From Sphaerodactylus townsendi (lineage: Eukaryota): a stretch of 64,000 nt of DNA. The stretch covers positions 51,832,001 through 51,896,000 of the forward strand of contig NC_059426.1 of the NCBI RefSeq assembly GCF_021028975.2, read 5' to 3'. A program made the position numbers and the translations under genes. Shown in pieces: positions 1-10,432 of the stretch (its first letter is position 1; every line of letters starts with the position of its first letter). The notes beneath the pieces were generated by a model. The model searched no databases, had not been told where the DNA came from, and worked only from the letters and a program-made list of their open reading frames with translations.

Positions 1-330
1 TAGTGGTTTTTCAAGAGGCTTTCTTAAGTGGACTGAGAGAGTTCAGACAGAACCTGACTGGTCCAAGGTCATCTAGCAGGCTTCATATGGAGGAGAGGGG
101 AATTGAACCCAGATTACAGTGTGGTACTCTTAACCACTACATCATGCTGACTCTCACTTCTGTAGTCTACCTTTAATCTGTTTATTCTGTCATTCCTCCA
201 AGGGGCTCATGCTGATGTAAATGGTTCTCTCATCCCCCATTTTCTCCTTACCACAATTCTTAGCAGGTTAGGTACAGAGAGGTGACTGGGTCAAGAATGC
301 CCACAGGCTAAGTAGGAATTTGTTTGTCCT
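1..330 (-). mobile_element. Two old tRNA/MIR-like SINE fragments
   Basis: Motifs gtgactggtccaaggtca and ctcttaaccactaca (reverse tRNA A box), shared with the younger SINE copies in this window. Confidence 0.6.
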
Positions 331-1134
331 TCCCAATATGTTACATGGGTATATGTAACGTACTGCACCCACCGTATTGGTGTCACTCAAATAAGGGGCT
401 GCCCAGCAGAGAGAATTCTCCCAGTCAGCTTGGTTCTGCACAGCACTGAGGAATGAATAGAGGGACTATTGATCCCAAGCCTACTCCGCCATGTGAATCA
501 CTGCTCTACATCAGAAATTTTAATGACTTCAATAGCAAATAAATAGTAAGTTAACATTGGTTGCTATTGCAGAGTGGCATTTTACTGTAACAAATATGCA
601 GATTTTTTGGTAACAAGCTTCTAGTGATCTTCTCTAAGTAGAGAATAAATTATGGGACTCTTGGTGGGTTTTTCTTCTTTCTGCTGTCTTCTTCCTTCAA
701 TTTCCCTGCCTTTTCTTATTTTTTCTTTCGCATACCCTACAAACTGTGTAATCATGATAAGTGATTATGACTACATTTGAATAGTTCACACTGATTACAG
801 AAATGTTTGTTTTAACTTCTTTTTTTAAGTAAACATGGTTGATATTTTAGTGATGGAGAAATTACAACAAGCTTTGGGAATTAGGCAGCAAAAGAATAGC
901 AAGTATTTAGGATATTTCAAAAGAGAAGAGCCTTTAAAAAGTTACAACACTGAACATGTATCCTTCAGCTTGGAAATAACTTGGAAATTCTACCTTTCTG
1001 GGCAATACTAGATGTGCTCTCTCTCTTTTTTAAAGACTTGGATCTGGATTCCCAGATCCAACTCTATTTCCCAGAAGCACACTGCAGATGAAGAAAATGT
1101 CTGTTGAAAAATGAGGGAGATGCCATTTGGGTTT

Positions 1135-2313
1135 GGAATGCCATGGTCTTGAAGAGTCTGCCCCAGAGCAACTGGGCAAACCATGACACAATCCTCCTCC
1201 CCAGGCCCAGTTTCTGCAGTTACCATTGGTAAAACCAGCAGAGGAAGTATGGATATATGTGACAGCTCCTCATGACTGTTCCTCAGTCCCATATGTAACC
1301 CTTCCAGTTTACATGGTACTGTAACTGTCCATGATGGGGACAAGAATCCAGGATCTTAATTACCTCATGTTCTTCACCTTCTTCAACCAATTTTGGGGGA
1401 TAAGGGTGGCAATCAGGGAGCCTGCAACACAGATGGCTGTGATCCATGGACCAAAAGTGACCAGTGATACAGAGGATGCATTGCTAACATAGGGGGTAAC
1501 TATAATTCACAGGCTACAGTTTTCACTGGTTCCAGAATATAAGGGCCTATATCTAGCTTCTGAAATGGCTTCCATGTGTACCTTGTAGACAACTGTACCT
1601 GATATCCCACTTGATTGCTTCTTCTGACCAATTGCTTCTGCTAGGTCTAGCTGCTCTGTGAGTGTTTGACTTATAGTTCTTGGAATATTTCCTACGCTGT
1701 GAGGAACAATGAGGAAACACTACCATGGGTGATAGACATAACTGGCTTGTAATGGAATCTGTTGTATCAAAGTGTGGAGAGTGTTATTGTACACAAACTC
1801 TGCTAAAGGAAACAAACTCTGCTAAAGGAAACAAACTCTGCTAAATGTACTGTTCCAGGGTGGCATTAGTTCATTTGGTCGGGGGGTTATGGGAGTAATA
1901 GAGGTAAACCTGGATTACCGTGATTTTTTGTAGAGCAAATCAAAAGCAAGAGTGGAATAATGGTATGGTGGGGTATATATTTTGTCCACATCACAGTGGG
2001 TGAGGCAGACTCTGGGCTATGCATTTGTTGTGCCCCTGTCTTCTTAGTCCTCCTTTGCTCTGAATCCAACATTCTGATGGAACCTTTAGGGGTTCAGGAC
2101 CTTGGCAGGACTCCTCCAGGAGATCCATGTCATCATAAGGTGCCAATGGAGTACAGGGCAACCAGTCTGTTCCCTCACTGGGGGTGGGGTAGGGTCCCCA
2201 ACTGGTTCTTAAGGGTCTATCTAAACAGCACCCAGAAGAGTCTAGGTCAGGGCCTGAGAGGAACTCCTTGTCATCTGCAAAGTGTGCCCCAGTGTGATGG
2301 GCAAACTATAATG
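1135..2313 (-). mobile_element. Degenerate, internally deleted Ty3/Gypsy (chromovirus-type) LTR retrotransposon
   Basis: Manual minus-strand translation gives integrase-like pieces TNATLEQY, LFPLAEFVYNNTLH...YHP and IGPY...LPPMLAMHPLYHWSLL, then a chromodomain EEHEVIKILDSCPHHGQLQYHVNWKGY (1295-1381). A polypurine tract GGGGAGGAGGA is followed by TGTCATGG (3' LTR start at 1188). A diverged copy of the LTR start (gtttgccca...ctggggcacact) begins near 2313. Many stops and frameshifts. Confidence 0.85.
1793..1845. repeat. 19-bp tandem repeat, about 2.7 copies (acaaactctgctaaaggaa)
   Basis: Read directly; lies inside the Gypsy integrase relic. Confidence 0.9.
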
Positions 2314-3850
2314 GGATGTTAACTAAATTAGCCAGGAGACGGTTCTAAAAGTAGTTGAACTGGATGATTCATAAGTATGTTGCAGTCCTCGGTTCCAGGA
2401 TTCATTTATGGGTTAAACTTTGAAGTGTCAGACTGAACATATGGATGACATACAGGATTTATCTATTGTTACCCATACACCCAACTTTAAATCGAATCCT
2501 TCATATCTGGAATCACTTTCAGATGTTGCAGTTCATGCTATTGCCCAATATAATACATAACTCTCAAAAGGCCATAGCATCTATAAAATAGTGGAAAATA
2601 AGTTAAATTGTATATGGAAAAAACATGGCTTTACTATCATTAGATTAAAGCCCTGGTTTGGCAAGCATTTAGACATATGTCTGTAACTTTTATTCTTATG
2701 AGACAGTCATTGGAGAGCTACAGTTGTGATCATGTACATACAAACTTATTTATCTGAGTGGTCCAGTGGGACATTCAAAAGATTCATTATATAGATAGGT
2801 ATGCTGACAATTGTACTTTCTGTAAAAGAAATGCTGCTTGACTGGAACAATTTCAAGCCTTGTATGAGCGTGTGACAAGCAGTGTGTATTTGTATTTGGC
2901 TGGTACCCTTCCTGTGCTGGAACAGCTTACAAGAAGGTGTCACCCCCAGATAGAGAGTACCCCTAACTGCAATTATGACTTCTGCATTTCTGAAATAACT
3001 TTATAGCCAATGCTGGGGCTTCTCTACTACACCCTCTCCTTTTGCTATTCTTATTTAGCATAACATCCAGGCTGAAAAAGAGGCCCACAACGCTTGCTGG
3101 CAATTTTATAATTTTTTGATTGCTCTCAATGTTGCTGTTTTTGACCCCTTTTTTAATTTGAAAGGATAGGAACAATGCACACATCAGCCTGATTTTTCTG
3201 CCCCCTTTCACTGCAAAACCTTGAATTATCTCCCCAAAGTTTACACTTGATAGACAAAACAGCTAGGTGGCATAACTGTTCTTGCTTAACAATAAAATCC
3301 CTTCAGTTTTTGATTAGTACAAGCTTGCTGAAACTTCTGCTAGTAGTGTGCAAAAGTCCATATGGCTATGAACACTTCACTGAAAAATAGTTGCAGTTGT
3401 TATTTGTAAATCTTTTTAAATAATTAAGTGGAAGGAAGTGCAAACTCTTTTCCAAAAAGCTTGTGAGATTTTTTTTAGATGTAACATTTAACAGCAAAAA
3501 AATATCAGGAAGATCTGTGGGATACTTGAAGCTCCAATCAACCAGGTTATCTTTTAAAACCATTAGATGAATTTGGCAGGAACCCACATGAATTTGGCAG
3601 ATTTTCTTACCATTAATTACCACAGACCCCATCTCTATTTTTAAAAAATCATCTTTGTTTGTTCATCTAATTTCCTATTGAGTGTACTGCATGAGCCAGA
3701 CTACAAAAGTCCCTAGGGCTGAAAAATGCACAGAAGTTGTTGGTAGAACAGATCTTTGCTAGCCTTCTTCAAGCAAGCTTCTTGAACTAGGGAAAGCAGG
3801 AATCAATCCACATCATCAACTCCTTCCATTAACTTTTCACTGGATCCAAC

Positions 3851-4042
3851 CAGTGGTGGGATCCAAAAATTTTAATAACAGGTTCCGATGGTGGTGGGAT
3901 TCAAACAGTGGGGCCGCCGCACACACACTCCTCCAGTCCCTATTGGGCAGAGAGGTTGCTTTAGTAACCCCTTCTTGGCACTCAGAAAAAATTAGTAACC
4001 ACTTCTAGAGAAGTGGTGAGAACTGGTTGGATCCCACCTCTG
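3851..4042. mobile_element. Non-autonomous hAT DNA transposon (MITE)
   Basis: TIRs CAGTGGTGGGATCCAA / TTGGATCCCACCTCTG; 8-bp TSD GATCCAAC / GATGCAAC (1 mismatch). Confidence 0.85.
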
Positions 4043-4159
4043 GATGCAACCCATTCTGAAAAACTGAGTTGACTAGTGTCCTTTAGGCTCCTGGAATCAC
4101 CTCTGTTAAAACATCTTACTGGTAGATTTGTATTTTTTGCTTCATATATCTATCTATCC

Positions 4160-4330
4160 TATATTTATACCCAATAGGGACCCAAAGTGGCTTATATCAC
4201 TTTCCTTGTATCCTAACAGCTTTGTGAGATGGGTTAGGCTGGGAGTATGTGATTGGTCCAAGGTCACCAGCAAGCTTCCATGGCAGAAGTGAGATTGTTC
4301 TGAGCACTCTAACCATTACACCACTCAGGC
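4160..4330 (-). mobile_element. Old MIR/Squam-like SINE fragment
   Basis: tgtgagatgggttaggctg...gattggtccaaggtcacc...ctctaaccattacacc matches the local SINE family; a similar fragment lies at about 4910-5060. Confidence 0.6.
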
Positions 4331-6126
4331 TGCCTGGATATTTTTACAAAGGCATGGTAGTACAGTTGGAAATATAATTTTTACCCTGTAACTGCAACCC
4401 GAAGCTCCTACTGGCTCCCACTGTCTTTGGGATCAATGTAATTGGTTTTTATGACGTTTGGTCTCATATTCTTGAATATTAACAAGGAAGAGACTGGTAG
4501 TTCTTCAGAGTTCACATCACACATAGAGCTTCTAATCTTTCTCACAACTGTTCAAACACATTCTCTCAGTTTTAGCACAGGTTTTGGACTGGGTCAATCG
4601 CTCACTGGTCAGAATGTTGTTTGTTCTACTCTAATTCTGTTTACCATTCGTTCCAGCAAATCTCTCAAGAACTGAATATTGCACATAGGTGCATATCACA
4701 TTTCCAGGAACATAAGTTTGCATAAATATAATCAAGAATGGTAAACAGTGTATCTTCAGTTATTTTCCATCATGGTAATGGTTACAGCTTGGGCTGGCTG
4801 GGCTCCTTAGACTTCTGACTCTTGGTAAAGTGTGCCTCCCCACTATGCTTGAGCACTAAAAGAGGTGCTGCAAATATTATTATTGTAAGATTAATTCATT
4901 AATTAACTTTATTTATAGCCAGTGGGGATCCAAAATAGCTTGCATCATTCTCTTGTGATCTATTCTACTTTCATGACAACCTTGTGAGGTACATTAGGCT
5001 AAGATTGTGTGACTCATCCAAGGTCACCCAGAGTGCTTCCATAGCAGAGTAGAGATTCTGGGATGCAGAGGTGGATGAGAGAAAAGAACCAAATATCTGA
5101 ACTAAACTCTCAATGTTCTGAATTGATTGAACTCAAAATTGTCTCAAAATTTGTTGGCTTGAATTGATTGCATTAGGCCCTGGCAGGTAAAAGTGATCTC
5201 TCCCTACCAATACACAACCCAAAACTTATGCCTCAGCCTCCCCCAAAATATCCCCAAATCCCACCCTGCTCTTCATGTGACCCCCAACTTCCCAATCATA
5301 TAAAAAACAGAAGGTTTTGCTCCCAATTGCTGCCCTTCTGCACAGGCGATCCAGGTCAATGCCTAATCAAAGCACAGCAAAGAGGCAAGCAGATCAAGGC
5401 AAAATCAGGATCGAAGGTTTGGTAAAAATTTGACGATGCCTGGATCACTACGGAGACTTGGACACACTAACTTGGAGCCCCCCGCCCCCCACAAATGCCA
5501 CAAAAAGGGGTTATTCCATTTTTGCTGGGCTGAAAGGCAGGTTCATTGAGCTGCTCAACTGACAGGAACTGTAATTGGACCTGGTCTCTCTTCTTGCCAG
5601 AGCAAAGCAAGAGCATCAGGGCTGAGCCCTGTGCAAGCTCACATACTCACAAAAAATTCATTTGTATCAAAGTACTGTGTTTAATAATGCATAGAATAAT
5701 GGTTTTGACAGGCACTACTTAAAAATGAATGTTAATTCTCATATTTATTCAGGACTATTTTCTAATGTGGAAGCATACTATTTTCTCTTCCACTGCACCA
5801 CAACTGACCACACTTTAATCTTTCAGTGCAACAGAGTATACACAGAAATTGTATTACTAAAGTGGCAGGCCCACATCTTTTTAAATAATTAACATATATT
5901 AATTGCATTGCAGAACAGAGAGCTTTTGCCACTAGAAGGGAGCAGGAGAAGGGAAAAGACTATCTGGGTACTGTGGGACAACTCGGGCTGCCCTTTTCTT
6001 CTGACCAGCTCCTTTGCTTCCTAGCTTGGAAATGCAATGTGTGTGTATGTGGAAGCTTAATGGCTGAATACGTGCAGGCTCTTCAGGTATTCAAGGCACA
6101 GTTAACAAAACGCTGGCAACTACTGG

Positions 6127-7290
6127 AGCATGGCTTTTGTAGAGGCAAGTCCTGTCTTACAAACTTACTAGAGTTCTTTGAGGGTGTAAACAGACATGTG
6201 GATAAGGGGGAACCAGTGGACACTGTCTACTTGGATTTCCAAAAGGTTTTTGACAAAGTTCCTCATCAGAGACTGTTGAGAAAACTCAGCAATGAAGGAA
6301 TAAGAGGGGAAGTCCTCCTATGGATTAAAAACTGGTTGAGGAACAGGAAACAAAGGGTGGGTATAAATGGGAAGTTCTCACAATGGAGAGATGTAAGGAG
6401 TGGCGTCCCCCAAGGATCCGTATTGGGACCTGTGCTCTTTAACTTATTCATAAATGACCTGGAAGTAGGGGTGGGTAGTGTGGTGGCCAAGTTTGCAGAT
6501 GATACCAAATTATGTAGGGTGGTGAGAACCACAAAGGATTGCGAAGAGCTCCAAGCGGACCTTGATAAATTAGGTGAGTGGGCTAAGAAATGGCAAATGT
6601 AGCAAAATGCAAAGTGATGCACATAGGGGCAAAAAATCCAAACTTCACATACACGCTACAGGGGTCAGTGCTATCAGTCACAGACCAGGAAAGGGATTTG
6701 GGTGTCTTAGTTGATAGTTCCATGGGAATGTCAACTCAATGCATGGCAGCTGTGAAAAAGGCAAACTCTATGCTGGGGATCATTAGGAAAGGAGTTGATA
6801 ATAAAACTGCAAGGATTGTCATGCCCTTATATAAAGCAGTGGTGCGACAGCACTTGGAGTACTGTGTTCAGTTCTGGTCGCCACATCTCAAAAAGGATAT
6901 TGAAGAGATAGAAAAAGTGCAGAGAAGGGCAACGAGGATGATTGAAGGATTGGAGCACCTTCCTTATGAGGAGAGGCTGCAGCGTTTGGGACTCTTTAGT
7001 TTGGAGAGGAGACGTATGATTGAAGTCTATAAAATTATGCATGGGGTAGAAAATGTTGACAGAGAGAAATTTTTCTCTCTTTCTCACAATACTAGAACCA
7101 GGGGCATTCATTGAAAATGCTGGGGGGAAGAATTAGGACTAATAAAAGGAAACACTTCTTCACGCAACGTGTGATTGGTGTTTGGAATATGCTGCCACAG
7201 GAGGTGGTGATGGCCACTAACCTGGATAGCTTTAAAAAGGGCTTGGACAGATTTATGGAGGAGAAGTCAATCTATGGCTACCAATCTTGA
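6127..7290 (+). pseudogene. Disrupted CR1 ORF2 reverse transcriptase coding remnant
   Basis: Split across frames, with breaks near 6600 and 7105. No endonuclease domain or start codon; the ORF-track N-terminus 5973-6126 is unrelated flank. Confidence 0.9.
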
Positions 7291-7485
7291 TCCTCCTTGA
7301 TCTCAGATTGCAAATGCCTTAGCAGACCAGGTGCTCAGGAGCAGCAGCAGCAGAAGGCCATTGCTTTCACATCCTGCATGTGAGCTCCCAAAGGCACCTG
7401 GTGGGCCACTGCGAGTAGCAGAGTGCTGGACTAGATGGACTCTGGTCTGATCCAGCAGGCTAGTTCTTATGTTCTTATGTTCTTA
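6127..7485 (+). mobile_element. 5'-truncated CR1 LINE (ORF2 reverse transcriptase C-terminal half plus 3' UTR)
   Basis: ORF track shows HGFCRGKSCLTNLLEFFE, YLDFQKVFDKVPH, SGVPQGSVLGPVLFNLFINDL, KFADDTKL, ERDLGVLVD and HLEYCVQFWSP. The element ends in the 8-mer tail (TTCTTATG)n at 7464-7485, typical of CR1. Confidence 0.97.
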
Positions 7486-7797
7486 AAATGAGTGTATACA
7501 TGGAGAAGTAGAGAGAGAAATTCTGTGTAGCTTGAGGAGAGAAGAGGGACTGGAGTAAGGAGAATCCCTGTTGCCTCCAGGCTGTCAGTTGTCCTAGAGT
7601 CCAGTCTGGTTTCTGATTAGTTAGCAGAAATTGCTCAAGTATTTTCAAACTTCTGTAATACCAGGAGAGCTAAAAACCTAAGTTTAAAAATAGAACTGAG
7701 ATTAACTTCACCAATAAGCCAACACATTACCCCATGCTAACTGTTTGTGCCTTGGCAAGATCCTTGGGTCATAAAGAAAGCACCCATGTTTCTAGAC

Positions 7798-8410
7798 CAG
7801 GGGTTCATATAATGGTGTCCACCACAGTGCCCACCAACACCTTTCCTTTTTTTTATTGTATCGTTTGAATTTTACAGTTTATAATAATTTCCTTCTTCAT
7901 GCATTTTCAAACAATACATTTCCCCCCCTTTTCTCCCTCCCCCCATTCCATCTTCCTCATAGTTTTGTCACACAAACAGCAGTAAGTTCATTCTCTGTAG
8001 CCTCTTCTCCCATATTTCTTCATTGACTCGAACCAACACCTTTCCTGATGATTGTCAAGTATTTTTATAAAGTGGGAGCGGCCAGGATGGGATTTTGCAC
8101 AGCAGAGCTTCTGCCACTGAAAATCTGATTGGCTGTATAGATGAAAAAAATTGCTTCTGCTGCAATGTGAGCATCTTTACTGTGTGTATGCAAGAATATA
8201 TTAAAACTGTGCTCATTTAAAAAAAATTGTGTGACTTAGGGCTTTGGTCTGAAATGTTGAAGGATCATATTAATAATTTGACATCATCTCACTCTGACAT
8301 TTTGTGGTTGGCTTCAGTTTCTGCTGCCGCCATTTGTGTTCGCACTCACCACCTTCCGTCAGAATTCTAAAAGTGTTTGCATGCTGAAGAAGGTTGGGGA
8401 CCTTTTTTCC
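7798..8410. mobile_element. Old hAT-like DNA transposon interrupted by a retroposed insert
   Basis: Begins CAGGGGTT and ends aaggttggggacc; sequence is continuous across the insert at 7848-8031. Confidence 0.5.
7848..8031 (-). mobile_element. Short poly(A)-tailed retroposed fragment (L1-like 3' end)
   Basis: Perfect 15-bp TSD ACCAACACCTTTCCT (7833-7847, 8032-8046); the minus strand ends CAATAAAAAAAA. Confidence 0.75.
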
Positions 8411-9260
8411 AGGTGGTCAGCACAATGATGAGAATTTTAAAGCTCTAGACTAGAGCCTGCGTTTTATACAGTTTATATAGCAAACTTGTTAAATCATGCA
8501 ACTCTTCAATAATGCAAGGAGTTGGGCCTATATCATGTTAATGTTTCCCTTTCTACAAAATAACTCTTAAGAGGTATATTCTTCTGTATTTGGCAAGTGT
8601 TGTTAGAATTTCTGTATGAGGACTGTCAACATATGTTTGCAGAAAACAGTGGTCATTGTACTCCAGCCTGGGAACAGTCTCCCTTCTTAAAAGTCCCTTC
8701 ATTCTTTTTAGTAAACTGATAATAAGTGAACTTCTAAGCCATTGCAGTTCCATCGGCTGTTTGTTGCATTCAGGATTTTATGCTTTTAATCAGTGAAACT
8801 TTTATAATGAATTGTTTTAAATTCCAGCACATCTAAGAATGCAAAACTAGTCAGGTCTACTTAGAAGTAAGTCCTACTTTATTCAATAGGATTTACTTTT
8901 GGGAAAGTGTTTTTACGATTGACAGTTTCCACCTAAGGAGCGTTACACCCTTCTAAATTACCCTTTCAAAAGTAATAACTCTATTTAGGACTGTATTAAA
9001 TTGCACAAAATCCAGTAGGGAAAAGTAAAAAGCACATAGTTAATTTTCCTATTGAAATCAAGTGGACATTACTTTAGGATTATATTGCATTATACTCTCC
9101 CAAATGTAATCTGGTATATGTTTTCTCCACTTTTTGCAGTTAGTATGCATCTTCAATATTTATTACTGGTGATAACCTACTTACTTCACAAAAGTGCCCT
9201 GCAGTTTGTGTACATCTACTCAGAAGTGAATCCTACTATTTTCAGTGGGATTTACTCCTA

Positions 9261-9410
9261 GGCCCCTTCCGCACATACAGAATAATGCACTTTCATCCAC
9301 TTTCGATGCATTTTGAAGCTGGATTTTACTGTGCGGAATAGCAAAATCAACTTGCAAACAATTGTGAAAGTGGATTGAATGTGCATTATTCTACATGTGT
9401 GGAAGGGGCC
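9261..9410. mobile_element. PIF/Harbinger-like MITE
   Basis: TIRs GGCCCCTTCCGCACAT / ATGTGTGGAAGGGGCC with extended palindromic arms; related copy at 47357-47497; nested in an older short palindromic element (about 9200-9437). Confidence 0.8.
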
Positions 9411-9799
9411 CCAGACAAACATGCTAGGATTGTAGCCTTTGTAAAGGGTCAAAAACAGAAAATGATAGTCGCAAATATGAAAAACGCATAGGAGCTGTAA
9501 TTACTATAAATACAAACCAATTCTTGTACTATTAAATCTCATGCTTCAAAGGAAATTTTATACATTTTTAAAGTCTACCACGCATCAGTATTTTCAGAAA
9601 AGAAATGGGGAAGATTAATTTCTGGACCCAAGGAAAAATAGATTATTTGGGGGGGGGGGGGTTGAAAAAAGTTAGTTGTAAGGCCGTACTGCACCTAGCT
9701 AAAGTGCAAACAATTGTCTTCATAGTTCTTTTATAGCACTTAATAATTGCTTGCAAAAAATCATTAATGGCATCATTTGGTCTGGATATTTGAGTGCCC

Positions 9800-10260
9800 A
9801 CCGTGCAGCAACCTCTCTGGAGGAAGGAATAGGGACGCTTCTGGGGCCCGTTTCAGCTGCTGGGGGCGTGCTTCAAATGCAAACGACTGCCAAATGAGAT
9901 TCTTTCGAAATTCCTGCCAATTAAATCACATTTAAAGGGCAGCTGCTGGGGGAAAAAAAGAGCAAACTCTAAGCACCCAACACCGTGCAAAACTTTTTCT
10001 GAAAGCACGAGGGCGGAAGTCTCCCAAGTGTGTCAAACGACCTCCCTCCCTTCAGGCCCGGCTGTGGTGAAACTGGGCGAAATGGCGGGACCTGCGAAGA
10101 TGACAGGTTGGACACCACCTTAACAGAGACAAAGCCGGGAGGGTTTGTTGAGGTGTCGTTTTTCTGCCTCTTGGCCCCAGGCGCGCTTGGCTGCATGCAA
10201 ATATTGACAGACCCCCGGCGGTCCCTGTGGAGCTGCATAGTGGGAAGGGAATCAGTCAAA
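9800..10260 (+). promoter_or_regulatory. GC/CpG-enriched promoter region (promoter 1)
   Basis: Local CpG retention in non-repeat DNA; GC-box/ETS GGGCGGAAGT at 10011-10020; octamer ATGCAAAT at 10195-10202 overlapping forkhead-like AAATATTGAC; strong splice donor downstream. Confidence 0.65.
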
Positions 10261-10432
10261 CTCTGCAGGAACAGCTGAGAAGTTCAGCGTCTTCTTCTCT
10301 CATCTACCCGCCGCTCCCTCCTCCCGCTCCTCAGTCATGTTCGCAGCCTTCCCAGAGTGAAAGTGAAAATGCTGAGCTTGGCTAAATGAGAGTGCCGAGG
10401 CTGACCTGCTTTCCCTCTGCAGTGCCCGCTAG
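10260..10432 (+). other. Putative first (mostly 5' UTR) exon of an unidentified + strand gene; start approximate
   Basis: Ends at TAG|GTAAGA (GT at 10433). Contains short ATG ORFs 10337-10360 and 10369-10389 and the IRF-type motif GAAAGTGAAA. Confidence 0.55.

Noticed and set aside
5973-7114. Reverse transcriptase ORFs as a functional or domesticated gene, or a retron-like system
   Set aside because: Typical 5'-truncated CR1 with frameshifts and a canonical tail; the N-terminal 50 residues are flank read-through.
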